Positions 19,432-28,365 of a stretch of DNA of 64,000 nucleotides are shown in pieces (positions within the stretch are counted from its first letter, which is position 1; each line of letters begins with the position of its first letter). Source of the DNA: Hyphomicrobiales bacterium (GTDB lineage Bacteria > Eisenbacteria > RBG-16-71-46 > SZUA-252); assembly GCA_050257555.1 (NCBI GenBank), contig JBLMXB010000178.1, forward strand, positions 3,247-67,246. Direction: 5' to 3'. Below the pieces are notes generated by a model. That model was not told the origin of the DNA and made no database searches. It saw nothing but the letters and a program-made list of their open reading frames with translations. The translations under genes and the position numbers were made by a program.

Positions 19432-22001
19432 GCTCGAACAAGCGTTGGCACGCGCTCTTCGCGGCGCTGGCCGTCGGCGTCCCCCTGCTGGTCTACATCC
19501 GGACGCTCACCGTGACGGTGCCCTTCTGGGACTCGGGGGAGTTCATCGCGACGTCCTACATCCTCGGCCTGCCGCACCCGCCCGGGAACCCCGTCTACAC
19601 CATGCTCGGACGGATGCTGTGCCTCCTGCCGTTCGAGACGGTGGCGTGGCGCGTGAACTTCATGAGCGCGGCGGCGTCGGCCCTGACGGCGCTCTTCACG
19701 TTCCTCGTGACGGCGCGCGCGCTCCGCCGGACGTTCGAGGGCGGGCCGCGGACCGTCGCGCAGTGGACGGCGTGCGAGCTGGGCGGCCTCGTGGCGGCCT
19801 ACTTCATCGCGTTCGCCTCGTCGTTCTGGGACAGCGCGATCGAGGCGGAGGTCTACTCCCTCTCGTCCTTCCTGATCATCTTCACGATCTGGCTGGCCTT
19901 CAACTGGTGGGACCGGATCGGCAAGGCGGGGAACGACCTCCTCCTGGTCCTGATCGCCTACCTCCTCGCCGTGTCCATCGGCGTCCACCTCGGGACGATC
20001 CTCGTCTTCCCCGGACTGATCGTCCTCCTCGCGATCCTGCGGCCGGCGATCTTCACGAACGCCCGCTTCTGGATCTCGACGATCGTCCTCGGGATCTTCC
20101 TCGGCCTGGTGATCTTCAACGAGGTCAAGGACTGGAACATCCCGAACGGCGTCTTCATGCTGCTCCTCGCGGCCATCGTCCTCTACTACGGCCTGAACCG
20201 CGAGCGGCTCGTGAAGAACAACCTCGCGACCTGGTGGGTGCTGGCGATCGTCGTCGGCTTCTCGGTGCAGTTCTTCCTGCTCGTCCGGAGCCAGCAGATG
20301 CCCGACATCAACGAGGGGATGCCGGCGACGCTCGAGGCGTGGAAGGACTACCTGCTCCGCAAGCAGTACGGCCCGTCGAACCCGTTCGTGCGCCGCGCCG
20401 ACGTCTGGTACCAGATCGAGCACATGTACCTGCGGTACGTCTGGCAGCAGTTCCAGCTCGTCGGCCGGATCGGGCCGTTCGGCGAGGAGTCGCTCCTCGT
20501 CCGGCTCGTGAACCTGATCCCGTACGGCCTCTTCTTCACCGGGGCGTGGTGGAACTGGAAGCGGGACAAGAAGACGTTCTGGTTCTTCTTCAGCCAGCAC
20601 GTGATCATGGGCCCGGCGCTGATCTTCTACCTCAACTTCACCGACCACGAGGTGCGGGAGCGCGACTACTTCTTCACGAACTCCTACCACTTCATCGCGA
20701 TCTGGATGGGGATGGGCGCCGCCGCGGCGCTCCAATGGGTGATGCAGGCGTTCGCGCCCGACCCGCCGCCGCTCAAGGCGCCCCCGGCGCCCGACGCGCC
20801 GCCCCCGCTCCTGCCGCTGCCGACGCAGGGGGCCGCCCGCGCGGGGTTCGGCGTGGGGCTGGTCGCGCTGGTCGGTCTCTCGCTCCTCCCGATGAAGAAC
20901 GGCTGGTACACGCACGACCGCCACAACTTCTGGATCGCGCACGACTACGCGTACAACATGCTCGTGCCGCTCGAGAAGAACGCGATCGTCTTCACGAACG
21001 GCGACAACGACACGTTCCCGCTCTGGTACATCCAGGAGGTCGAGGGGGTCCGGAAGGACGTCCGCGTCGTGAACCTGAGCCTCCTGAACACGCCGTGGTA
21101 CATCCGGCAGCTCCGCGACCAGGCTCCCCGGGTGCCGATCTCGTACACGAACGCCCAGATCGACGCGCTCGAGCCCTACCTCGACGACAAGACGAACAAG
21201 GTCGTCTGGGTGAAGGACATGGCGACGGCCGACATCATGAAGACGAACGCGTGGCGGAAGCCGATCTACCTGGCGGTCACCGTCCCCGAGCAGATGGGCC
21301 TCGAGAAGCAGCTCTCGCTCGAGGGGCTCGTCTTCCGCGTCTACCCGCACCAGGCGCCGCACGGGGTGGACGTGGCCAAGACGATCGACAATCTGTACCA
21401 CGTCTTCAAGTACCGGGGGCTCCTCGACAAGACGCGGTCGTACGACACGTCGGTCTACAAGGACGACAACGCGTACCGGCTGGTCCAGAACTACTCGGCC
21501 GCGCACGTGCAGATCGCGTACCAGCTCCAGCAGCAGGGGCGGCCCGACGAGGCGATCCGCTACCTGCAGGACGCCGTGAAGATCTCGCCCGACTTCCCGG
21601 GGCTCCTCGAGTACCTGGGGCGCATGTACGAGGACGCGGGGCGGGAAGAGGACGCCCGCAAGGTGTACGAGGACGGGATGCGGCGCTTCCCGAACGCGGC
21701 CGAGTTCCACTACCACGTCGGCGTCCTCGACGTGCAGGACGGGAAGGTCGAGGAGGGGATCGCGGAGCTGCGGCGCGCGTGCGCGCTCAACCAGCAGTAC
21801 TTCGACTGGTTCAGCGCGCTCTTCTCGACGCTCTGGCACACCGGGCGGAGGACCGAGGCGGTCGAGGTGCTCCGGACCTGGGTCCGCGCGCATCCCGACG
21901 ACGCGGAGGGGGCGCAGTTCCTCCATGAGTTCGAGGACTCGCTCCGGATCCTCTCCGGCACCGCGCCGGAGGTTCCCGGACGCGCGCGGGGAGGCCGGTA
22001 G
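19428..22001 (+). CDS. DUF2723/TMEM260-like GT-C membrane protein with C-terminal TPRs
   Basis: FWDSGEFIA..Y.LGLPHPPGNP.Y, AIEAEVY, VRERDYFF, FTNGDNDTFPLWYIQEVEGVRKDVRVVNLSLLNTPWY; many TMs; TPR helices. Confidence 0.85.
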   Translation: MSSNKRWHALFAALAVGVPLLVYIRTLTVTVPFWDSGEFIATSYILGLPHPPGNPVYTMLGRMLCLLPFETVAWRVNFMSAAASALTALFTFLVTARALRRTFEGGPRTVAQWTACELGGLVAAYFIAFASSFWDSAIEAEVYSLSSFLIIFTIWLAFNWWDRIGKAGNDLLLVLIAYLLAVSIGVHLGTILVFPGLIVLLAILRPAIFTNARFWISTIVLGIFLGLVIFNEVKDWNIPNGVFMLLLAAIVLYYGLNRERLVKNNLATWWVLAIVVGFSVQFFLLVRSQQMPDINEGMPATLEAWKDYLLRKQYGPSNPFVRRADVWYQIEHMYLRYVWQQFQLVGRIGPFGEESLLVRLVNLIPYGLFFTGAWWNWKRDKKTFWFFFSQHVIMGPALIFYLNFTDHEVRERDYFFTNSYHFIAIWMGMGAAAALQWVMQAFAPDPPPLKAPPAPDAPPPLLPLPTQGAARAGFGVGLVALVGLSLLPMKNGWYTHDRHNFWIAHDYAYNMLVPLEKNAIVFTNGDNDTFPLWYIQEVEGVRKDVRVVNLSLLNTPWYIRQLRDQAPRVPISYTNAQIDALEPYLDDKTNKVVWVKDMATADIMKTNAWRKPIYLAVTVPEQMGLEKQLSLEGLVFRVYPHQAPHGVDVAKTIDNLYHVFKYRGLLDKTRSYDTSVYKDDNAYRLVQNYSAAHVQIAYQLQQQGRPDEAIRYLQDAVKISPDFPGLLEYLGRMYEDAGREEDARKVYEDGMRRFPNAAEFHYHVGVLDVQDGKVEEGIAELRRACALNQQYFDWFSALFSTLWHTGRRTEAVEVLRTWVRAHPDDAEGAQFLHEFEDSLRILSGTAPEVPGRARGGR

Positions 22002-22005
22002 CGCC

Positions 22006-22947
22006 GTGCACGTCCTCGTCACCGGGGCCGCCGGGTTCATCGGGTCGACGCTCTGCGACGGCCTCCTCGCCGACGGCGCCGACGTGACCGGCGTCGACGC
22101 GTTCGTCCCGAACTACCCGGAGTCGTTCAAGCGGGCGAACCTGGCGTCGCTCGAGAAACACCCCCGGTTCCGGTTCCGGACCGACGACCTCCGGACGGCG
22201 CCGCTCGCGCCGCTCCTCGACGGCGTGACGCACGTGGTCCACCTGGCCGCGCTCCCGGGCGTCCGCCTCTCCTGGGGCGAGGCGTTCCGCGACTACGCCG
22301 GGCACAACGTGATCGCGACGCAGCGGCTCCTGGACGCGCTCCGCGACCGTCCGATCGAGCGCGTCGCCGTGGCGTCGAGCAGCTCGATCTACGGCATGCC
22401 GACCCGCTTCCCGACGCCGGAGGACGAGCCGCCGCGGCCGCTCTCGCCGTACGGCGTGACGAAGGTCGCGACCGAGGCGCTCCTCCAGGCGTACCGGGCC
22501 TCGTTCGGGATCCCGGCGGTCGGGCTCCGGTACTTCACGGTCTACGGTCCGCGCCAGCGGCCGGACATGGGGATCCACAAGTTCTTCGAGGCGGCGCGCC
22601 GGGGGACGCCCGTCACCGTCTACGGCGACGGGCTCCAGACCCGCGACTTCACGTTCGTGGCGGACGCCGTGCGCGCGACGCGGACCGCGCTCGAGCGCCG
22701 CACGGAGCCGCTCGTGTACAATGTCGGCGGCGGCCATCGCATCGCGCTGAACGACCTCCTCGACGCGATCGGGCGGATCGCGGACCGCCCGCTCACGCGC
22801 CGGATGGAGCCCGCCCAGGCGGGCGACCCGCGCGACACGTCGGCCGACACGACGCTCGCGCGCCGCGACCTCGCGTACGCTCCGGCGACCGACCTGACCG
22901 AAGGGCTGCGGAGGCAGTGGGAATGGCAACGGAAGCTCGCGACGTGA
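22006..22947 (+). CDS. NAD-dependent nucleotide-sugar epimerase/dehydratase
   Basis: VTGAAGFIGS, HLAA.PGVR, ASSSSIYG, SPYGVTK, LRYFTVYGPRQRPDM (UDP-glucuronate 4-epimerase-like). Confidence 0.92.
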   Translation: MHVLVTGAAGFIGSTLCDGLLADGADVTGVDAFVPNYPESFKRANLASLEKHPRFRFRTDDLRTAPLAPLLDGVTHVVHLAALPGVRLSWGEAFRDYAGHNVIATQRLLDALRDRPIERVAVASSSSIYGMPTRFPTPEDEPPRPLSPYGVTKVATEALLQAYRASFGIPAVGLRYFTVYGPRQRPDMGIHKFFEAARRGTPVTVYGDGLQTRDFTFVADAVRATRTALERRTEPLVYNVGGGHRIALNDLLDAIGRIADRPLTRRMEPAQAGDPRDTSADTTLARRDLAYAPATDLTEGLRRQWEWQRKLAT

Positions 22948-23891
22948 CCGACGGCGCGGCGGGCGGCGCGGTCGACCTGACCGTCCTCGTCCCCGTCTGG
23001 AACGAAGCCGAGAACCTGCCGCCGCTCCTCGAGAAGCTGGAGCGGGACCTGGCCCCGCTCGGCCTCCGCTCCGAGATCCTCGTCGTGGACGACGGATCGA
23101 CCGACGGCACGCCGGACGCGCTCCGCGCGCTCAGGGCGCGGCATCCGAGCCTCCGCGCGATCTCCTTCCGGCGGAACCACGGCAAGTCGGCGGCGCTCTC
23201 CGTCGGCTTCCGCGAGGCGCGCGGCGAGCGGATCGTCACGATGGACGGCGACCTCCAGGACGACTCGGCGGAGATCCGGCCGCTCCTCCTGAAGCTCGAC
23301 GAGGGGTACGACCTCGTCTCGGGCTGGAAGCAGAAGCGGAAGGACCCGCTCTCGAAGACGTTCCCGTCGAAGATCTTCAACGGCGTGACGTCGGCGATGA
23401 CCGGCGTCTCGCTCCACGACATGAACTGCGGGCTCAAGGCGTACCAGGCGGAGGTCGTGCGCACCGTGCGCCTCCGCGGCGAGCTCCACCGGTTCATTCC
23501 CGTGCTCGCGCACTGGAGCGGCTTCCGCGTGGCGGAGATCCCGGTCGTCCACCACCCGCGCCTCCACGGGAAGACGAAGTTCGGCACCGCGCGCTTCGTG
23601 AACGGCTTCCTCGACCTCCTCGCCGTCATGTTCCTGACCACGAGCAGCACGCGCCCGCTCCACCTCTTCGGACGGATGGGGATCGGGGTCGCGTTCCTGG
23701 GCGGCTGCTGCACCCTCTGGGCGGCGTGGCCCTGGTTCCTGGGCGAGGGGCTCCGGCTCAGGCCGGCGCTCGTGCTCGGGCTCGTCCTCGTGATCCTCGG
23801 GATCCAGTTCCTCTCGCTCGGGTTCCTGGGCGAGCTGATCGCGGGGACGCGCGCCGAGGAGCCGGACTATCCGGTCCGGGAGCGGTTCTAG
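22944..23891 (+). CDS. GT2 polyprenyl-phosphate glycosyltransferase (ArnC/GtrB-like, 2 C-terminal TMs)
   Basis: VPVWNE, VDDGSTD, RNHGKSAAL, MDGDLQDD, GELHRFIP, two C-terminal TM helices. Confidence 0.9.
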   Translation: MTDGAAGGAVDLTVLVPVWNEAENLPPLLEKLERDLAPLGLRSEILVVDDGSTDGTPDALRALRARHPSLRAISFRRNHGKSAALSVGFREARGERIVTMDGDLQDDSAEIRPLLLKLDEGYDLVSGWKQKRKDPLSKTFPSKIFNGVTSAMTGVSLHDMNCGLKAYQAEVVRTVRLRGELHRFIPVLAHWSGFRVAEIPVVHHPRLHGKTKFGTARFVNGFLDLLAVMFLTTSSTRPLHLFGRMGIGVAFLGGCCTLWAAWPWFLGEGLRLRPALVLGLVLVILGIQFLSLGFLGELIAGTRAEEPDYPVRERF

Positions 23892-23918
23892 GCCGATGCG
23901 GCGGCGCGGGGGGCGCCG

Positions 23919-25052
23919 GTGAAGGTCGCGCTCCTCGGCCCGACGCATCCCTACCGCGGAGGGATCGCGCACTACACGACGCTCCTCGCCCGCGCGCTCG
24001 CCGCGCGGCACGACGTCGCGATCGTCTCCTTCACGCGGCTCTATCCCGGATTCCTCTTCCCGGGCACCACGCAGTTCGACGACAGCGGGGCCGCGATCCT
24101 CCCGCCCGTCCCCGCCGAGCGGATCGTCGACAGCATGAATCCCTGGACCTGGCGCCGGGCGGGGCGGCGGCTCCGCGCGATCGCGCCCGACGTCCTGGTC
24201 GTCCCATGGTGGCATCCCTTCTTCGGTCCTTCGCTCGGCCTCGCGGCGCGGATCGCGCGGGCGGGGGCGGCCCCGAAGCGGATCTTCCTCGTCCACAACG
24301 TCGAGCCGCACGAGCCGACGCCGCTCCTCCGCGCGATGGCGACGTACGGCCTCGGCGCGGCGGACGGCTTCCTCGTCCACGCGCGCGAGGAGGCGTCGCG
24401 CCTCGCGTCGCGCGCGAAGGGGCGCCCGGTCCGGGTCCACCCGCACCCCTCGTACGACGTCTTCAGCGCGCACCCGCCGACGCGGGAGGCGGCGCGGGCG
24501 GCGCTCGGCGCGACGGGGCGCGTCCTCCTCTTCTTCGGCTACGTCCGCCCGTACAAGGGGCTCGCCGACCTCCTCGCCGCGCTGGCGCTGGCGCGCGGCG
24601 ACGCGTGGGACCTCCTGTACGTGGTCGGGGAGTTCTACGAGCCGCGCGCGCGGTACGAGGAGGCGCTCGCCCATCCGGCGCTCCGCGGCAAGGTGCGCGT
24701 CGTCGACCGGTACGTGGCGAACGAGGAGGTCGCGACGTACCTCGCCGCGGCCGACGTCGTCGCGCTCCCGTACCGCTCGGCGACGGGCTCGGGGATCGCG
24801 CAGGTCGCCTTCGGCGCGGGCGTCCCGGTGATCGCCACGCGCACGGGCGGGCTGGCCGACGTCGTCGAGGAGGGGGTGTCGGGGTTCCTCGTGCCCCCGG
24901 GCGACCCCGCGGCGCTCGCGCGGGCGATCGAGCGCTTCTTCGACGAGGGGTGGGGGCCGCGCCTGCGCGACGGCGTCGCGCGCGCGCGCGGCCGCTTCGG
25001 GTGGGACGCGCTGGTCGCGGCGCTCCTCGACCTCGCGGCGGCGTGCCGGTGA
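23919..25052 (+). CDS. Glycosyltransferase family 4
   Basis: GPTHPYRGGIAHY, WWHPFF, HNVEPHE, FFGYVRPYKG, LPYRSATGSG. Confidence 0.9.
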   Translation: MKVALLGPTHPYRGGIAHYTTLLARALAARHDVAIVSFTRLYPGFLFPGTTQFDDSGAAILPPVPAERIVDSMNPWTWRRAGRRLRAIAPDVLVVPWWHPFFGPSLGLAARIARAGAAPKRIFLVHNVEPHEPTPLLRAMATYGLGAADGFLVHAREEASRLASRAKGRPVRVHPHPSYDVFSAHPPTREAARAALGATGRVLLFFGYVRPYKGLADLLAALALARGDAWDLLYVVGEFYEPRARYEEALAHPALRGKVRVVDRYVANEEVATYLAAADVVALPYRSATGSGIAQVAFGAGVPVIATRTGGLADVVEEGVSGFLVPPGDPAALARAIERFFDEGWGPRLRDGVARARGRFGWDALVAALLDLAAACR

Positions 25053-26032
25053 GCGCCGGCGCGCGGATGGGTTCCGGCGCGCGGCCCGTCTGGGCGCTCG
25101 TCCTCGCGTACAACGAATACGAGCGGACGCGCGAGTGCCTCACGTCGCTCGCGGCGCTCGACCCCGCGCCCGATCGCGTCCTCCTGGTCGACAACGGCTC
25201 GAGCGACGGCACCCCCGAGCGGGTCCGCGCGGAGTTCCCCGACGTGACGCTCCTCGCGCTCGGCGAGAACCGATGGTTCGCGGGCGGGGTGAACGCGGGA
25301 CTCGAGCAGGCGCTCGCCCAGGGAGCGGGGAGCGTCCTCCTCCTCAACAACGACCTCGTGCTCGAGCGGGGCGCGCTCGGCGCGCTCGCGGCCGCGCTCG
25401 AGGCCGACCCCGCGCGCGGGGCCGTGAGCCCCAAGCTCTACTATTTCGAGCCGCCCGACCGGATCTGGTTCGCGGGCGGCGTCGTGACGCGCGGCTTCGG
25501 GCTGATCCGCCATCGCGGCGTGAACCGGAAGGACGACGCGTACCGCGGCTCCGGCGCCGACGGGCCCCGCGCGGTCGACTACGTCTCGGGCGCGGCGGCG
25601 CTCCTCTCGCGCGCGGCGCTCGAGCGCGTGGGGCTCCTCGATCCCTCGTACGTGATCTACGTCGAGGACGTCGACTGGTCGGCGCGCGCGCGCGACGCGG
25701 GGTTCACGCTCTGGTACGAGCCCGAGGCGCGCGGGTGGCACCACGTGTCGGCGACGAGCGGCGGGGGCCTCACGCCGCTCAAGGCGTACTACCGGCTCCG
25801 GAGCGGCGCCCTCTACCTCTCCCGGCACGCGCGCCCGTGGGAGCGGCCGCTCGCGTGGCTCGCGTACGGGCTCTGGACCGCGTGGCTCATCCTCCGCTCC
25901 GTCGCGCGCGGCCAGTCGCGCGCGGCGGGGGCGCTCCTCCTCGGCTACGCCGACTTCACGCGGATCCTGCTCGGCGCCCCGCCGCCCGCTCGTAGACCCG
26001 AAGCATTCGCTCGGCCAGCCGCTCCTCGCTGA
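25049..26032 (+). CDS. Glycosyltransferase family 2 (rhamnosyltransferase-like)
   Basis: VDNGSSD, N..FAGGVN.G, LLNND, DYVSGAA, YVEDVDWS. Confidence 0.88.
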   Translation: MSAGARMGSGARPVWALVLAYNEYERTRECLTSLAALDPAPDRVLLVDNGSSDGTPERVRAEFPDVTLLALGENRWFAGGVNAGLEQALAQGAGSVLLLNNDLVLERGALGALAAALEADPARGAVSPKLYYFEPPDRIWFAGGVVTRGFGLIRHRGVNRKDDAYRGSGADGPRAVDYVSGAAALLSRAALERVGLLDPSYVIYVEDVDWSARARDAGFTLWYEPEARGWHHVSATSGGGLTPLKAYYRLRSGALYLSRHARPWERPLAWLAYGLWTAWLILRSVARGQSRAAGALLLGYADFTRILLGAPPPARRPEAFARPAAPR

Positions 26033-27101
26033 ACGTCGCCGCGCGCGCGGGGCCGGCCGCGGCGAGCGGGCGGAGCGCGCCGGGATCGAGCGCCGCGCGC
26101 CGGATCGCCTCGGTCCACGCCGCGGCGTCGCCCGACGGCACGACGAGCCCCGCGTCCCCGACGACCTCGGGGAGCGCGCCGCCGTCGCCCACCATCGCCG
26201 GCACGCCGGCCGCCATCGCGAGGAGCGGCGGGATCCCGAACCCCTCCGCGCGCGAGGGATAGAGGAAGAGGGAGGCGCCGGCGTAGAGCCCCGCGAGGTC
26301 GGCGTCGGGGACGTACCCGGGGAAACGCGCCGGCACGCCGAGCGCGCGCGCCCGCTCGCGGCATCGCTCCCCCTCCGGGTTCATCGCGCCCGCGAGGACG
26401 ACCTCGGGGACGTCGGCTCCGGCGGCCCGGGCCGCGGCGAGCGCGTCGAGGAGGAGCAGGATCCCCTTTCGCGGATCGAATCCGCCGACGTAGAGCCAGT
26501 ACGGCGCCCCGCCGCCGGCCGCGCGCGCGGCGGCGGCCGCCGCGGCGTCGGGGCGGAACCACGCGGGCACGGCGCACGGAACGACCGTCGTCTTCGGCGC
26601 GGCTCCCGGAACCCGCGCCTCGATCGCGCGCCGGCTCGCGTCGCTCAGCGTCACGACGAGGGCGGCCGCGCGGACGGAGCGGCGCACGGCGTCGCGATAG
26701 AGCGCGCGATGGAGGAACGCCGGCCGCGGCCACGGCACGAGGCCGGGCGACGTCCACGGGATCAGGTCGTGGAGCGAGAGGAGCGCGGGGAAGGGGAGCC
26801 CCGGGGGGACGCCGTGGTTCCACGTCGCGTGGTAGAGATCGGGCGGCGGGTCGATCGCGCGGAGGAGCCGCGGGAGCGTCCGGCGCTCCCAGCGGATGCG
26901 CCCTCCCTCCCCGGCGTCCACCGCGACCGGCACCGCGACGGGGAGCCGATCCGCGGGGACCGGCCGGTGCGCCACGCCCGTGAAGGACACCCCGCGGGGC
27001 GCCAGCGTGCGGAGGAGCTGCGTGAGGAGGAGGCCGATGCCCGAGATGGAGTCGAGGGCCAGGGGCCGGAGGTCGACGGCGACGCGCAGGGTCGGGTCCA
27101 C
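25956..27101 (-). CDS. Glycosyltransferase family 4 (mannosyltransferase-like)
   Basis: VAVDLR...SGIG, LHDLIP, YVGGFDPRKG, YPSRAEGFGIPPLLAMAAG; start GTG 27101 placed from homology and promoter position. Confidence 0.88.
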   Translation of the reverse strand: MDPTLRVAVDLRPLALDSISGIGLLLTQLLRTLAPRGVSFTGVAHRPVPADRLPVAVPVAVDAGEGGRIRWERRTLPRLLRAIDPPPDLYHATWNHGVPPGLPFPALLSLHDLIPWTSPGLVPWPRPAFLHRALYRDAVRRSVRAAALVVTLSDASRRAIEARVPGAAPKTTVVPCAVPAWFRPDAAAAAAARAAGGGAPYWLYVGGFDPRKGILLLLDALAAARAAGADVPEVVLAGAMNPEGERCRERARALGVPARFPGYVPDADLAGLYAGASLFLYPSRAEGFGIPPLLAMAAGVPAMVGDGGALPEVVGDAGLVVPSGDAAAWTEAIRRAALDPGALRPLAAAGPARAATFSEERLAERMLRVYERAAGRRAGSA

Positions 27102-27108
27102 GGCCGGG

Positions 27109-27137
27109 ACCGTACGGGAGCGGGCGGGACGGGTCAA
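27109..27137 (-). promoter_or_regulatory. Sigma70-type promoter, leaderless GT4 transcript
   Basis: TTGACC-N17-TACGGT, 7 nt before GTG 27101. Confidence 0.55.
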
Positions 27138-27158
27138 CGTCCCGGCGCATCCCGCGCC

Positions 27159-27188
27159 TTGACTGGGCGTTGCGCGCCCCGGTAGGCT
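27159..27188 (+). promoter_or_regulatory. Sigma70-type promoter for the second half of the glycosylation locus
   Basis: TTGACT-N18-TAGGCT, then GGAGG SD before GTG 27217. Confidence 0.6.
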
Positions 27189-27216
27189 CACCGAGTGCGC
27201 GATCGCGGAGGCAACC

Positions 27217-28365
27217 GTGCGTCCCGGCTGGGACGTCGTGTGGCTGAGTGACATCCCATGGGCGGCCCTCTGGCAGCGACCCCAGCAGCTCGCGACGCGG
27301 TTTCCGGATGCCGCTAGCATCCTCTTCGTCGAGCCCTGGACGCTGGGGCACGGCGTCGCCCTCCGGCCGGTCGAGGCGGCGCCGCGGGTGCGGCGCGTCT
27401 CGTTCCCGTTCCTCCCGCTCCACGCCCGGTCGCTCCCGATCCGGCGCGCGGCGTACGCCATGGGGGGATCGGCGCTCGTGACCGGCGCGCTCTTCGCGCT
27501 CCAGCGCGCGCGGGCCCGCGCGCTCGCCCCGAAGCGGACCGGCGTCCGCCGGCTCGCGCTCGTCCAGAACTTCCTGGCCGCCCCCTTCCTGGACGCGCTC
27601 GCGCCGGACCGCGTGGTCTACGACATGATCGACGCGCCGCTCCACTTCGCGCCGGTGCCGCCGCGGCTCGTGCCGCGCTGGGAAGGGCTCCTCCGCCGCG
27701 CCGACCGCGTCGTCGTCACGTCCGGGCCGCTCCGCTCGCTCGCCATGAGCGGCGGCGCCCGCGCCGCGGACCTCGTCGGGAACGGCGTCGAGGCGGCGCG
27801 CTTCGATCCCGCGCGCGTGGCGCCGGCGGCGCTCCCGGGCGATCCCGAGGCGCCGGTCCTCGGCTACGTCGGGTCGCTCCACTCCTGGGTCGACGTGCCG
27901 CTCCTCGAGGCGCTCGCCCGCGCGCTCCCCGCGACGCGCGTCGTGCTCGTCGGCCCCGCGCCGCCGGCGGTCGCGGCGACGCTCGCGCGCGCGGCCGGCG
28001 CGATCCCGAACCTCCACTGGATCGGGCCGAGGCCGTACGTCGACGTGCCGGGGATCGTGCGCGCGTTCCGGGTCGGGCTGATCCCGTTCCGCCGGACCCC
28101 GCTCACGGAAGCCGTGAATCCGGTCAAGCTCTACGAGTACGCCGCCGCCGGCGTGCCGTGCGTCACGACGCGGTTCAGCGACGAGGTCGAGGGATGGCGC
28201 GAGGCGGCGCGCGTGGCCGACGACGAGCCCTCGTTCGTCGCCGCCGTCCGCGCGGCGCTCGACGCGCCCGCCGATCCCGCGCCGCTCCTCGCGTTCGCGC
28301 GCCGCCACGACTGGGACGCGATCGCCCGCCGCTTCGTCTCGATCTGCCTGGAGGACGCCGCGTGA
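27217..28365 (+). CDS. GT-B glycosyltransferase (TuaH-like)
   Basis: W..LWQRPQQLA, VVYDMID, GNGVE, GYVGSL..WVD, PVKLYEYAAAGVP. Confidence 0.85.
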   Translation: MRPGWDVVWLSDIPWAALWQRPQQLATRFPDAASILFVEPWTLGHGVALRPVEAAPRVRRVSFPFLPLHARSLPIRRAAYAMGGSALVTGALFALQRARARALAPKRTGVRRLALVQNFLAAPFLDALAPDRVVYDMIDAPLHFAPVPPRLVPRWEGLLRRADRVVVTSGPLRSLAMSGGARAADLVGNGVEAARFDPARVAPAALPGDPEAPVLGYVGSLHSWVDVPLLEALARALPATRVVLVGPAPPAVAATLARAAGAIPNLHWIGPRPYVDVPGIVRAFRVGLIPFRRTPLTEAVNPVKLYEYAAAGVPCVTTRFSDEVEGWREAARVADDEPSFVAAVRAALDAPADPAPLLAFARRHDWDAIARRFVSICLEDAA

